DNA from: Marsupella aquatica
Taxonomy: Eukaryota; Plantae; Marchantiophyta
DNA: 64,000 nucleotides
Assembly: GCA_973895155.1 (NCBI GenBank)
Contig: OZ316891.1
Location: 28,879,611-28,943,610, forward strand
Reading direction: 5' to 3'
A program made the position numbers and the translations under genes. This document shows, piece after piece, positions 12,195 to 25,503 of the stretch. The notes below the pieces were generated by a model. That model was not told the DNA's origin, ran no database searches, and worked only from the letters and a program-made list of their open reading frames with translations. The first letter of the stretch is position 1; every line of letters begins with the position of its first letter.

Positions 12195-12630
12195 AAAGGG
12201 TATAGCCAATTTCGTTGGCCAAGGGATGAGCCTGGACGAACACCTGAAAGGTCCGGTTCAATTATGGGGGTTTTGTGTGTAGTGGATGGGAGTTCATTAT
12301 CTACTCGGCCCCTGTTGTCCAGTTGGTGGTGGTCCTGCTTTAATAATCTTTCGGTCCTGGTGCGGGTCCATAAATCCAAAATGGGTTCCCTAAAATGAAT
12401 GAATGTATGTCATTATTGGATTGGAATGGTCCTCTTTTAATACTCTCTCCTTCCTATTCCTGGTGGTGCGGCTCCCGTCCGAACCTCACCCTGAAATGGG
12501 TTCCCTATACAATGAATGTATGTCACTATTGGAATGGGGAGGAGAGTCTACTAAGTGTTCTCCCTAGTCTATTAAATTTTCTTTCTCATTTAAGTTCAAG
12601 AAAAAAAAAGAAAAAAAAAGAAGAAGATAA
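12195..12630 (+). mobile_element. Probable 3' end of a non-LTR retroposon (SINE/LINE tail)
   Basis: A-rich tail AAGAAAAAAAAAGAAAAAAAAAGAAGAAG (12598-12627). Internal duplication CCTGGTG..AAATGGGTTCCCTA..AATGAATGTATGTCA.TATTGGA. No clear TSD. Confidence 0.4.
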
Positions 12631-12825
12631 AACTCAGGTAATTCTGTAGAACCTACTGTAGTTGGTCACAAGGGGCATTTGATAGTAAGGTGTACAATGA
12701 GTTTCTTCAATATCTTGCCAGCAAAACAACAGTGGGCCATTTTCAGGTAGTGGCCCATGACAGATCGATAAATCTATGATATTAATCAAAAGCTACGGTA
12801 ATTGCGCCAGTTATACAATGTTATT

Positions 12826-12843
12826 ATATATATATATATATAT
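12826..12843. repeat. (TA)n microsatellite
   Basis: Run of TA dinucleotides. Confidence 0.9.
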
Positions 12844-13414
12844 GCGCCCCATTATACTTCCACAAATATATGATACCAATTAACCGCTAGGGTAATTGCG
12901 CTAGTTATGTTATTATTAGTATATGATGATAGCAATCAAAAGTTATTCTGTAGGCTTACTGTCTAGGGACTCTAAGTAAGGCCATACTGAAAGTGAGGGT
13001 ACCAGAAAAATAACAGAGATTGGGACAAAGATAACTGAGAACTATCACGGAGTCCTTTTTTTGCAAGGTTTTTTTGGTCGTCATCTCGTACTTTCAAGGG
13101 CTGCTAATCACGCTAGTGTCATAAAATGTGTACGATCCCAGTCATCTCTGTTTACATTCAAGGAACCAGTAATCAAGCTACTGTCAAAAAATGTGTATGA
13201 TCCAAAGACTTGAGCAACTCCATGGACAGAGGGGTTGTCTGCAAAGCTCGGATGGACTGCAAAGCTCGGATAAACTTGTTGAAATAGACTCTGGGCTCAA
13301 ATTTGACCTGCAATCAAATAGTCTCCCTACATTTTGTATGTTGTTTCAGTTAGTTCACCTGGTGTTATGAAGCATCAGTTGCCAGTGCTTGAACATGACT
13401 TTTCTGCCTTATCG

Positions 13415-13585
13415 CAATCTTTGTGAGAACAAGGTTTACGTGAAGCTTACTCAGGGCATCCTTTAAATGGCGTCCTCAGCAAACCTATCCCAATCTTTCC
13501 TCAGCAAACTTAACCCAATCTCTGTGAGAACAAAGTTTACGTGAAGCTTACTCAGGGCATCCTATGTTATAGAGTGGCATCCTCG
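13415..13585. repeat. Local duplication, ~100-bp period
   Basis: CAATCT(T/C)TGTGAGAACAA(G/A)GTTTACGTGAAGCTTACTCAGGGCATCCT occurs twice. Confidence 0.85.
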
Positions 13586-15812
13586 AAGAAAGTTTGCTGC
13601 TCAGACCCAAAGTACTCAGAACATCATTCACAAAAGTGAAAAATCATTCCCGAAAGCTGTAATTTGACGCTTTGGCCAAACTATTCTGGGAGCACCTAGT
13701 TCCCAAAATTCCATAGATCAAATCATTCAAACCCCAATCTACCTTTCTTATTTTTGGTGTAAACTGGCTGATCACTTTAAAGCAATCCATGGGGATGGGC
13801 AGGAACAAAGTCTCCGAGCGTTTATTTGGTATGATCCATGAGAGCGTTTATTTGGTATGATCCTTGATTAACTATTCATGTAGTTGTGCATAGAGTTGGG
13901 ATGCTCTCGCAGCCAAGTACATCGTGCACAGCAAGTAATCCCTTAATGGATGGCAATCATGGAATCTTCAGCAATTAGGGACTTGTTCAGACGTTGGCCG
14001 GCGTTCAAGAAAACAACACACCTAAAAATGGACAGAGGTAAAAAAAGGTCCAGATGTTTGCCATCTATCTAAAGTATCGACTATGGCATAACGGCTCTCA
14101 GATCGATCTTTTGAAGGTTTGAGACTTCGGGATGCACGTATCTCCGTCGTCGAAAATGCCACCAGATTTACGAAGAGGATGCCCCGAAGAGAGAATATAG
14201 CAGTCATTTGAGAGAATTGTCTGCATCGGAAAGCTTCACCCTCGATCATAGAATAAACGACAACAATGTCATCACGATGACTGAACGCAGGATGCATGCA
14301 GAGTATGCTTATTTTAGACGCAAAACTCGACGATCCACCTGCCATTTTTTATGAATATTTTAGTACTGTGAGAAGCACACTTGAACATTATAATATGCGG
14401 CGCATGATCCAAAGGTTAACAACTGGTCCGCAACAAATAAATGTTTTATTGAGTCCTGAGGTGCTGCTCTTATTAGGGATTAGGAATTCATGGTCTATCT
14501 GGACACAATGTCCTTAGAGGAAAGAGCACATTCAAGAGGCCCACAAACCAGTAGAGTTCAACGTACTGAAAGCTCGAGAAAGCGGACTGAGGACAAGACA
14601 AAGCAAATCACGGAAATACGACCGATCGCAAGCAATAGACAAGAGGAGAGAACCATATTTATTACGAGAAAGGTACAAACCCTCCACAGGGACACAATAC
14701 CGAACAAATTTTGTTTGTTCAGTTAGAATATGCCTATCGAAAATAGTACACCACACAACCTAAACAATTGCACAGCTGCCAATTCTACAAAAGTTCGCAA
14801 TGTCGACTAAGCGCCACTTGGAATGCTGGTCGTTCACATGTCTCCAGTGATTCTGTGAGATCTGGAGAGCCCTCGAATTCCTACGTTAGTACCGATGTTG
14901 CGTTCGAGTCATTATCCTACTTTAAAATTGGTTGCTAAGTGTTAATTTCATATACTTATTGATTTCAAGTTTCAGCGCCAAAATCTGAGAATCTGCACGT
15001 ACACGTCGACTTTCCGAAAGGCCTACAACGAATTGCTTTGCTAAGCAGAGGGTAACTAAGGAAACCTACAGAGTAAATATCTAAAAACGAGACACAACAC
15101 CTTGCGAAAACCTGAAAGACTAAATCTCACACGGGAATTCAAAACTTAGAAACCACATTCCAAATTAAAGAAAGAAAATTAAAAATCTAGTGATCCTCAT
15201 CTCAGGTGTTGTGACCAGATTCTCAAAACGTATGCATGCACGAAAACAGTTTTTGTGATGCAGTTTGATTCACGTCGCTTTGATTTTGTGAGATCAGCTG
15301 CTCAAGTGGCTCATATGGGGTCAGTCCACTGGAGGACAACAGAGAGTCCAAATAATCAGATTTTTAACTCCGGCCAGTCTACTATCTATGAATGAACCCG
15401 TGAATGAAATGATGAAAATCAACAGAAAGACCGTCAAAGACGAATCACTGTAGAGATGTTCAAAGGTGGACCAGGGCCCCACCAGTCTTGCAAGTTTTGC
15501 AAACTAAGTGACAAATTCGATAGTCTTGGTGAAACCGCTCGTAAAAGTACCAAGGTTTATTTTGGGTTTATTTTATATTGCAAAGTGAATCGTACACGAC
15601 AGGAGCCGCTTTTCGTCTGCGATGCGATCATGGAAGGGCTTCCATTTACTTCAAATTCGGGCCCTCGCCCTTCAGTTCAGCTCACTTCGATCCAATTCGA
15701 TTCAAACCAATGCTGTTGCTTGGGCTTGTTTTTCCTCCCCCCACTCTAGAGTACTCCAAGTACTGCCGCTGGGGCCGCCCGACGAACAAAACGACTCGGA
15801 GACAACGAAATC

Positions 15813-16559
15813 ATGGGAACAATTCGGCCACAGATAGTGTTGTTCGGGGACTCTTTGACAGAATGGTCTTTCCGGGTGGATGAATGCGGGTGGGGAGCTT
15901 CGTTGGCAAATCATTTCTCGCGGAAGGCAGATGTGGTGGCACGAGGGTTCGGGGGCTACAACACCGAGCTTGCCAAAATTATGCTCGACCAGATCTTTCC
16001 AATTCCCTCGGCCAACCCTCCAATCCTGGTGATAGTCGGTTTTGGAGCAAACGACTCTGCAGATCCGAATGCAAGCCATAAGATTTTACACGTGCCGGTG
16101 GCAGAGTATGGTGAGAACCTCAGGAACATCGTGGCTCATTTGAATAAGCAGTCTGAGTCCACGAAGATTATTTTGTTCACACCTCCTCCCATTTCTGAAA
16201 GGATGCTGGTTAGACAATGGCTTATGTGGCCAGATTTCTCAGGCGTCCCAACTCGACGAAATGACTTCACTAGATTGTATGCCGAGGAGGTGGTGAAGGT
16301 TGCGTGGGACGAAAAGCTTCCCGTGATCAATTTGTGGTCCATCTTTCAGGAGGATCCTGACTGGGAAGAGAAATATCTGAGCGATGGGTTGCATCTCACT
16401 TCTCAAGGCAATGCCAAAGTGTTCGAGGAGGTGTTGAAGGTTTTGGATTTACTGTCGCTCAAAGCGAAAAAGGTGGCTTGGGACGTTCCCGCGATCACTC
16501 GTTTGGGTGACAATCCAGTGGCTGCTTTGAAGACTTGGTGCATGCGCAGCAGTCTATGA
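15813..16559 (+). CDS. SGNH/GDSL esterase, IAH1/CPRD49-like (248 aa), intronless
   Basis: All four SGNH blocks present: IVLFGDSLT, RGFGGYNT, GFGANDS, YLSDGLHL. Complete ATG-to-TGA ORF. Confidence 0.92.
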   Translation: MGTIRPQIVLFGDSLTEWSFRVDECGWGASLANHFSRKADVVARGFGGYNTELAKIMLDQIFPIPSANPPILVIVGFGANDSADPNASHKILHVPVAEYGENLRNIVAHLNKQSESTKIILFTPPPISERMLVRQWLMWPDFSGVPTRRNDFTRLYAEEVVKVAWDEKLPVINLWSIFQEDPDWEEKYLSDGLHLTSQGNAKVFEEVLKVLDLLSLKAKKVAWDVPAITRLGDNPVAALKTWCMRSSL

Positions 16560-18850
16560 TTGCCTGAATTGCAGCCGGATGGCAATTTTCTGACTTGATA
16601 CATTATCTAAACTGGCAATGCATTGCTGACGAGCCTGTTCTTGGAGGATTACTTTGACGGATTAGAAGGGCCATTTCGATATTCATCTACGTACAGAATT
16701 GACCGACCCACCACGCCACCCACTCAACAGTTCAAGGTATACATGAATATTAATCGCTTCAACGCTGTGAAGGAAATTCGACTGTTGTGTAGCACTTACA
16801 GCACTCGAGGCCCGAATTAAACGTCTGATCCTTACACAACAGAAGGCACGATTGCTACATGTTCGTTACACACGGGTAAATGCCCTCATGTTCATGTAGA
16901 TAGCTGTGCGATCGATCCACTAAGCATCTCGAAATAGTTTGCTCTTGTGACAACGTGGCATGAACAATTTGTTCCTGACAAAATGTTGCACCCTAGAGTT
17001 CCTGTGCTACACGTATGATCTGAGGATGTTGAGCCTCTTAGTTCGGGTTTGATAGTGCCGATGAGGTCCCGTCTGAACCTGTTAAGAGAAGATCGATCGA
17101 TATATCCAAGGTCCACAAAATTTACAATAGAGTTCAAGACTATTGATGATTGTGGACCCCGTTGTGGACAATCCAATTATATTACTTAAAGCTCACTCAA
17201 ACCTTTCTGCATCGTTTGAAGTTCGACCGAGTTCGCATTCATTCAGATCTAGATTAGAGGTCCTAAGTTCAAGTCTGTTGTCCTATATATGTCGATCTTA
17301 TATTTAGTTGATGGCGAGCCGACTCTCTGGTGTATGCTGTGATCCAGCAAGACGTACATCTAATTGGAGAACCTTGGACTCGTTCAAGTCAGTTCAAATG
17401 TACCGAGATATGTACATGCGTACGTAAAATGAAATTTGTTCGATCTCCTGAATTTGACCCCGGATTAGGAGAAAAATTGCGATCGAGGATTGAGTTTCTT
17501 ACAATGGAACTTCCAGGCAGCTTGTGTGAGCTCATCAATCGGGACACCCACTGTGTCTGTAACTTCGCACAATGGCTTCCACCTTAATTACCGAGAAAAT
17601 TCAGTTTTCATTGAGGTGACCATTTCGGCTACAATGTTTTCAGGTCGTGTACTTTGAATGCACAGTTGGCTAGAGTCGCAACCCGATCGCCCCTGACTAT
17701 TTTGAGATGATAATAAAATACGTTGGCCTCAACCTAGGTCCACAGTAATTAATGCGGCTCCAAAATTTGGACACCGCCCATATATGGGGAACCTTGTCTT
17801 GAACATTTCGGCCGAAACCTTTCTGGAGTTTCTGGAGAGCATTCTCCATTTCGGTCAAATCGCGAAGAATCTTGGAAATGTAAAACAAAAACGCGGACTT
17901 CACTCGCAAACTGTGGGTGCGCTCTTTGAACAACCACTGAATGAGCTCCCCGAGCATTGAAATCCGCGACTGACTGAAGACCACTTGTCATTAATCAGCT
18001 GATTTATTCGGTGATGTCGAGGGCGACCAACCTACTGATGGTGAGAAACTAACTACTGATCGAGCTCCTGTGTTGTATCGATCGAGATTACCTAGTCAAG
18101 AAAAGCAAATTCAAGCGAACCCATTTCGAAAACGTCACTAAATACAGAACTTCACCAGTAACTATGAGGGACGGCTGGACGAGGTTTGATTGATTCGCTA
18201 GCATAATCATATAGCTGGAAAGAAAGCAGCGACCAGCATGTGTGTAGATTTCCCCTCCGTTTGTTTTCTTCTTCTACTGGGTTATGGATCGAATCAAGGA
18301 GCATGTTTGATCGACAGCAATATATGTAGCTAAATTGAAATGGCAGATCGATGATGATTGACCCACAAAGAACGGATCAATGAGAGCAACGCCTTCTAGC
18401 ACTTCATCTCTCAAAAGAGAACCGGTCTACTGGAATAGATGTTTTCCAATATTGTTCCAATGAAAAGATCACTCACTCAATGATTGTGGGGTAAGAAATT
18501 AGAGTTGGGAATAAGGAGACTGAGGTTTAGATTAGTATTGGAAAACTGCTCGTGTCAGCGAACAAGACTGTTCATAGCTCCGACAATCCAGTTCCCCTTT
18601 TTGGATGGGATGGAGATCTCTCCTAGGCACATTCATGAAGATTTGAGCTCATTAGACCCGTATGGAATAGAACGGTGTGACGTGAAAAGTGATCATTCCG
18701 CTTAAACCGCCACCGATTATCCCCGAATCAAAATTAGTCAATAATGTTATTAAGAAAATAAAAAGTTTAAGAAAGTGATTCATGAAACTCTGGCTAAGTG
18801 GGGCATTTTTTATCCCTAATAACTACAATGATTCATGAAACTCTGGTTAT

Positions 18851-19743
18851 GGGATTTTTTTGGTGTGAAATTTTACCTTGCCAAGCATTTTTAGGTTATT
18901 TACTAGAATATGGCCATTTTCTAGCATTTCCCAAAAGCTGCAGCATTTTTTAAGAGAAATTGCATTTTGAATGTAGTTGCTATATATGGAGGCAGGAGAG
19001 GGGAAGGGAGGGGAGACTATGGAGGGGAAAATTGTGATCTCTTGTTTTCACTGCCCAGCCCAAAGATAGGTCAAATCAAAGTTCAGGTGAAGCTGCGGAA
19101 AAAATTGACTTTTTCACAAATTCTTTGGGGTAAACATGATTTGAATGTAATGGCTATGGAGGCAGCAGAGGGAGGGGAGCAGAGGGGAGCAGAGGGGAGC
19201 AGAGGGGGAGTTACTATTCTAACAAGGTACTTCATGTTTATGTTTAGTTGCCCAGCTCAAAGACACATTTAGTGGAAGCTCTACTGTCAGTACCAACTCC
19301 CGTGTTCTTTGGGGAAAACGTGAGTAGTGTATTTAACTTTCATTTTTTGTGGAGAAAACGTGAGTTGATGTGTGTTTTTTGCTCCTGCCCTAAAAACCAA
19401 CAAGTAGGAGGTGATGAGATTGATTGGAACGGATGGAAAATGCCATAAGAGATTTCAGACAGTGGGCGAGGCAGGCAGGGGTGGGCTCACCCTAGGCGAA
19501 CAACTCCTTCAGTTGGAGCAGAACAGGTTGGGTTAAGATTTTTTAAGGGAAGTCTCTACCATCGGATGTAGACATGTGGCATGATTTTGGCCATCCGATG
19601 ATTATGAAGTTAACCATAGGTGGTTAACTTCGCCGTTGCTAAAAAAGGTGATATTCTAGTGAATAATCTAATTAAAAAGCATGGTAAGGTAATAATTTCA
19701 CACAAAAAAGTGGCAAGGTAATACATCTCAGTTTTAGAGCCCT
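18851..19743. mobile_element. Non-autonomous Mutator-like element with long imperfect TIRs
   Basis: Left arm TTTTTGGTGTGAAATTTTACCTTGCCAAGCATTTTTAGGTTATTTACTAGAATAT..TTTTCTAGCA matches the reverse complement of ~19637-19709. Termini are GGG.../...CCC. No clean 9-bp TSD. Confidence 0.7.
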
Positions 19744-19834
19744 AAGAAACTACACAATTGATTCATGAAACTCTGGTTAGGTGGGGGCAATGCTCTGAAC
19801 TCAGATTTGTCTCATTCGGGTTGTCTTACTTGGC

Positions 19835-20850
19835 TTTAGAAGTGGATGGATGCAATGACAGATCACTGATGCTACATGGTGGGCCCAAGGGAAAAAGTTA
19901 GCTTGCTCTTATTTTCTGGGCAAACTTGGCAGCTTGTACTGTGCCAATCTTTAACTCCATGCTCTTATTCTCTTAATCTTGTGCCAGGAAATTTATAGCC
20001 TGAAATCCTTTTTCCAGACAAAATTTACACATGGAAACCTATGTTTGGGTAGGGGTTAGACAGTGTCTATAAACCTGTGTCCTGAATGTTCAAACAAGAT
20101 TCCCAGTTACCACTCATCAGCTTGTTCTCACATTCTGAACAAAGAGTATGTTCCAGCCTAGTAACCCCTGCCCAGACCTTGGTTACTCAATGCATACATA
20201 GAACGGTTGTAGTGGCTGCCACGGTCTATGACAGAGACATTTGGGTTCCAAGTAGCACCAAGTTTGTGGTGCTTGGATCCACATCCCAAACAGGGGAGCT
20301 TTGCAAGTGTAGACAACGGGCAATGCAGAGGTGAAGAAGTTAGAGGACATTACCAACGTTGATGCATTCATGTGTGGAATATTTGGAGCAACTGACACGG
20401 CAGTAGGAGACTTCAAGGGCAAAATCATGATTTGGGCTGAGGAAGATTGGTCTTTGCTAATAACCTGCACCAAGGAAATGAGACATTGGTCACTAAGCTG
20501 GACAAGATTTCAGACACTAAAAGTTTTACATTTGGAACTTCAGGCATTTGATTTTAAAAGTGTATTGTTGACTTGAATTGTCATTTCAATTTCCTCTCTT
20601 TTTATAGCAGGCTCCTTGATTCTCTCATCTTCTGTTGTTGAGGACCATATAGTGATTGCAGTTGTTCTAGCCTAAAGTTGAACTTAACTCATGACAAGAA
20701 GAGCATTTGGGAGTTTTGAAACAGCTTTTTGGACTGCTTTGGTCGAGAAGTTAAGTGATTGATATGCCTTGGCTTCATGTTTTGAGAAATGGGATGGGTA
20801 ACAAGAGGAACACGGAGACTACAGAACTCCCAGCTGTGAGATTGAAAATC
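19835..20850 (+). pseudogene. Decayed spliced gene fragment, WD40-like
   Basis: Frame-broken peptides HPKQGSFASVDNG, CIHVWNIW and AVGDFKGKIMIWAEEDWSLL resemble WD40 blades. Splice-like sites and several stops. Confidence 0.35.
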
Positions 20851-23545
20851 ATCTTGAAATCTAAACCAAAATCATCTTAGTAGATCATAGAGCACTGCCT
20901 TGAGGGAAAACTGATTTCTACCTACCTTGAACTGCTTAAATCCCTTCAATGTTTTTCTCTTTGTTATTTTTTGTCCATTATGAAAGCATCAAAGGCTCTG
21001 CAGGGTCATTCTAAGATTTGTCCACTTTTTGTGCATTGGTAAAATCTAAAATTGTGTTTATCTTCAAGTGTGAAGAAAGGAGCAACAGAACCAAAATTAA
21101 AACACTCAGAGTGAAAGACAAATTCAGGAATTCAAGAGTATCAAGTCCTTACCAGGGCCATATGGGCAAAAATAACACCTCAAAACTTGGGCTAAAGCCC
21201 TCCTTTGGGAGGCATTATTGCACACAAGGCCGTACCAAATACAAATTGCAAGCCCTAAAATTTCTCTCCAGGATATCAATCTATATGGCCATAAAGTGTA
21301 AGATTCAGCACTCCCACTAAATCTCCCTATTTCATCGGTGTTCCGAATCCTACACATTCCACTGGCACTTACACTGATTAAAACGACCATAATTGTTGTT
21401 TCACTAAAAACCTTCACAGCCCTTACCTAGCACAATTCATTTCAATAGTTCATAGGAGCCTGTTAACACGTGGGCCATCTGAAGGAAACAAATGGTTGTC
21501 ATTAATTCATTGGTGCTTACTGCACCTTTGACGACATCCCATTCAGTGCAAGGAGTGAGATTTTGGTGCCTCATTTGATCACGCTTTTTCTTCAATTTCA
21601 CCAATTTGTTAGCTCAAATAGCAGGTCTCTCGAATGCATGGACTAGCCTCTGCAAGCTTCAGAATGAGTCAATGATTCTAGACACACGGCAGATATAATT
21701 TACCTCAGACATGGGTGGGTTGGGTTCCTCCTGATTCAATGAACATCGCATCCATCTAGCTCGAGACCTTCTGCTGACTTTGGATCCAAGATCATTCAAA
21801 GATTGAATGCTGTTAGCTGGTTACATTATCCGGGCTCAGTTTACGTCTAGATGATTTCTAAGGATGGGTACTGCAATAATTTGCTGCGCAATACTCACCC
21901 AGAAAAAGTCCGAAAATCTGTGAGGAGCATTAAAAATGCAAGAGAGGGGAAAGAACTCTGAAGAAGAATGGTCCAGATTAAGGCCCCGAAATCGATGGCG
22001 ATGCTGTTACCTTCCGTGTCGCTATTCTGTACTCTCTCAACTTCTTCCGAGGTTTCTATGGTATGTACAAAGAAGATTACTTTACTGCCCTTCACAATCA
22101 TGCCATGGGAATAAAATCTCTTGAGAGGAGACTCGAATTTACATGTGTCGAGTACCTGATAAGGGGTACAAACTACGAAGTACACGGAGAACTCATTAAT
22201 TAAGAAGAAAACGAAGGGGCAAGAACAAAATTCATGAAGAAGCGGCTGGAGAAACAATTAAGTTTTAGACCTCAGAGCAGATAACAGGTTTTATTGAGAT
22301 CAATACTTTAATGGTAACCAGATAATGCTTATCATCCATCCGATTTGCATCGACTGTACTGGTCAGGGCTGTGAATGATGATCTCCATTGTGGCAATTGC
22401 AATTGGGAAGCTCTGTCTCGATGGCAATTGCTCTGCTCTGGGAATAGACTTTTGCTTGATTGCTTCGTTCGTTCTGCACGTGCTTGCCAGCTAGTGTGTA
22501 TGTACAAGCCTGTTAAAACTGTACATAATCAGACCACGCCATGGATTACACCAATGAGAAAGGAGCATCTGTTGTTAGGGAGATGGAGTAAACCCAACCA
22601 GAAAACAGCACCTGTTGTTAGTGACGGTGTGAAGCAAGAGCATCGGGGAGAGTTCCAAGAGGTTGGGCGGATAGTCGGCTGGCCGGCCAGGATCGTAATT
22701 GTTGTAGCCAGACTGCCAGACTCAGCCAGAGAGAGGACTTTGGGGGCGTCAGCGATTCGTGTATTCTGCCAATTCGGTTTTCAACATTTTTTCCCTTTCG
22801 TCGGATTGTTCCACAAGTCCATCACTATCGGTGAGGGATGGGAATCTTCGTTTTGCAGACATCCCCAGACTCCACATATGCTAGCAGCTGATATAGCTGC
22901 CGTTTCTGGTACTAGTTCTTCAGACTCCTCCACCAATCCTATCAGCCACTGTGGCAGTGCAGCTTCATCGGTTTCTTCGTGTTGACTGGTACTCGGGCTG
23001 GTAGTCCGTAATCGAGAGGGAAACAAGATCGATTATATCGATGATCTCCATGGCTGAAATTCTGATCACCGATTGGAGGCTCAATTGCTTGGTTACTTTG
23101 AAGTTCTTGGAGTGGTACTGCAATTAGATCGGCATCGTATCTTCTTATTTCTGCCCTCGCTTGTCGCTTGCTTCCCCCTTTCACTGCTCTAGAATCCCAT
23201 CCCCGCTTGATATATCGCCAGCTTCTACTTCAGCAATGTTTGTGCTGAAATGAAGTGGGAGGTTCGGATTGGCAACAATTGGTTTTTCTGTGTTCCACTG
23301 CATCCGAGGTACTTGCCGAGTTAGAAGGTTGGTTTCGACTCTCAGGTCGGAGCTCCAGCGAGTCTTTCTTTACAATTTCTGAGATCGTCCATGATTGAAG
23401 ATCGCTTTCGTGACGAGGTGCAGTCAAGAGGGGTTTTTTCGCTACTCAGCCGCTACTTTCACCTCTCCAAAACTGTTTCTGAAGCTCTTGAGTTACCACG
23501 ACCAACAAACTCCATCCCGCACAAAAGCCAGACTAATCTAAGCCC

Positions 23546-25503
23546 ATGATCCTTTGCAGCATCATCGGCCCTGGGTCTCCTGAGTCAAGTATCTGGCAAT
23601 CGGACTGGGAGACCGAAGAAGAAGGGCGGGATGCAGAAGCTCAAGAGGAGGAGGAGAAAAGGAAGAGGAGGAGAAGAATTAGGAGGCGAAAACTGGGACC
23701 GCCGGTGTTTGGGGACCACTGCCACTCTTGTAGACGAGAGATTGCACTTCCAGTGCTTTATGTGACATGCTCGAGGTGCCCTCTCAGATTTTGTGGTGTC
23801 TGTCTTCTCAGAAAACATGGCGAGGATGTCGAGGAAGAAATGCAGGAGAATGTTCTATGGGTTTGCCCCATTTGCCGGGGAGGTTGTGGTCCGGGCTGCA
23901 GAATGAACTGGTATGTTTACAGTTCCAACTTATTGCTTTCCTAACCTATAATTGATCGTGTTCGCTCGCCTGTTCATGGATCAATGCGTTTATTTGGTTG
24001 ACTCACGTTAAGGGTTGGTGAAAGTTCTTACTCACTCGTAGAAGGTGGTCACGAGTACCAATTAGTTCATGATGCGCTTTCCCTCTCTCTCTGTGTCTCT
24101 GCGCTTCTTGGAAAACCCTCAATGCATCCCTCCCTCTCTGAGTGGGGCTTTCCAAAGATGGAAGCACGAACTAAAATGCATTTGCAATGAGATGTTTAGG
24201 AGCGTTTCCATCTCTCTTCCTTTTCATAGAAGTAATTAGCCAGAGAGATTGTTCGCAATGCATTCTTTTTGACGAAGTATAGTTATTATAAAGAACTTCT
24301 CAATCTCTCGTTACTTTACGAGGCTTCACCTCGTCATCAGGCCGCGCCAACTGATCACCGTCGGAAGTCACCTCACCTGATCGGAAGCTGCGCCTTACTC
24401 TACTCCGTCCCAAACTTGATGCATATAATCGTAGACCATTCAGTGTTCTCTCCCTCCATGATCGTGGTCTATGTGCAGCCTGAACGCCACCGTGATTGGT
24501 CGGGTCAGACGCCAGTTTCTCGTTGATCGGGAAGCTTCTGCATATTATTGTGCTACTATTTCCGTGTAAATTAAGCCCAGAACTGTCTAAGTACATGGGC
24601 TCTAACATCGTGATTGCTCTTGTGCTCACGCGGAATTCGCTCTCTGCGCTGTGCAGCACTGTTCAGCCCGGTACTGATTAAGTTATCTGACCAGATTGTC
24701 TGCCTGTCCACTCTCTAGCTGTGGTTGTGGTCCATGTCGGAAGTACCAGCAGCTGGAGCCGGTAGGCCGTGTTCTACCAGCAGCAGTCAGAGCGGGATTC
24801 ACCAATGTGCATGACTACCTCGTACACTTCGAGACAGGCGAGCCACCAGAGGTCATAGCCAAACGGAAGGAGGGGCGTGGGTGGACTAAAGCCACTGGGG
24901 CCATCGACAGATCCCCCGATTTTAATTTCACATGGGTAAGTTCTCGAAGTTGTCCTTCCCTCCCTGAGTGTGACTGGTGTGTTCAGGGGCCCGGCGATAC
25001 TCTTAGTAAGTTGTCAAAGGGCAAAACGCAGCAGGTCACAATTCAATTGGTAATGTAATGTACATCTTGAGGTACAGGTTGTCGCAGATTCGAGACCTGT
25101 CATGTATTATGTGACTCATCTTATTATATGGAACATTGGGTGACTTAACTACTGTTGCATGCACGAATCGTACTAGCTTGTTAGAGATCATTCTTCAGAA
25201 ATTGATCGGTTCACGAGATTCCTTGACCTGTACTTCACGCCCTGCTATGTGTGCTTGCGACCGTGTGTCATGAAAATTCTCCACTCATTCATTCATGTAA
25301 TGGCAAATACGCAGGCCTTGAAGAGAATGCGGAGTACAAGGAAACGACTGGTGACCGCCCGTTCGGACACCAAGTGGTGCACTGATCCGAATTTGGAGCA
25401 ACCTTCGCGGAATGATGAGCCAATTCTACATGCAATCATTCCCGAGAAGACAGAACTTACAAAGAGGGCTCGGCGTCCCAGCATACGCTTGACCACGTAC
25501 TGA
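23546..25503 (+). CDS. CDCA7-like zf-4CXXC_R1 zinc-finger protein, paralog A (exons 23546-23910, 24719-24935, 25315-25503)
   Basis: Spliced translation CHSCRR..CSRC..FCGVCLLRKHGE..WVCPICRGGCGPGCRMNC|CGCGPCR..GFTNVHDYL. The GT-AG introns keep frame. The start codon is uncertain, as there is a possible acceptor just after it. Confidence 0.85.

Noticed and set aside
21895-23427. Minus-strand gene upstream of paralog A
   Set aside because: Several short coding-like frames with stops and no recognisable domain. No gene model could be built.
24103-24165. Intronic hairpin TTGGAAAACCCTCA/TGAGTGGGGCTTTCCAA as a miRNA
   Set aside because: Stem is too short and bulged for a miR/miR* duplex.
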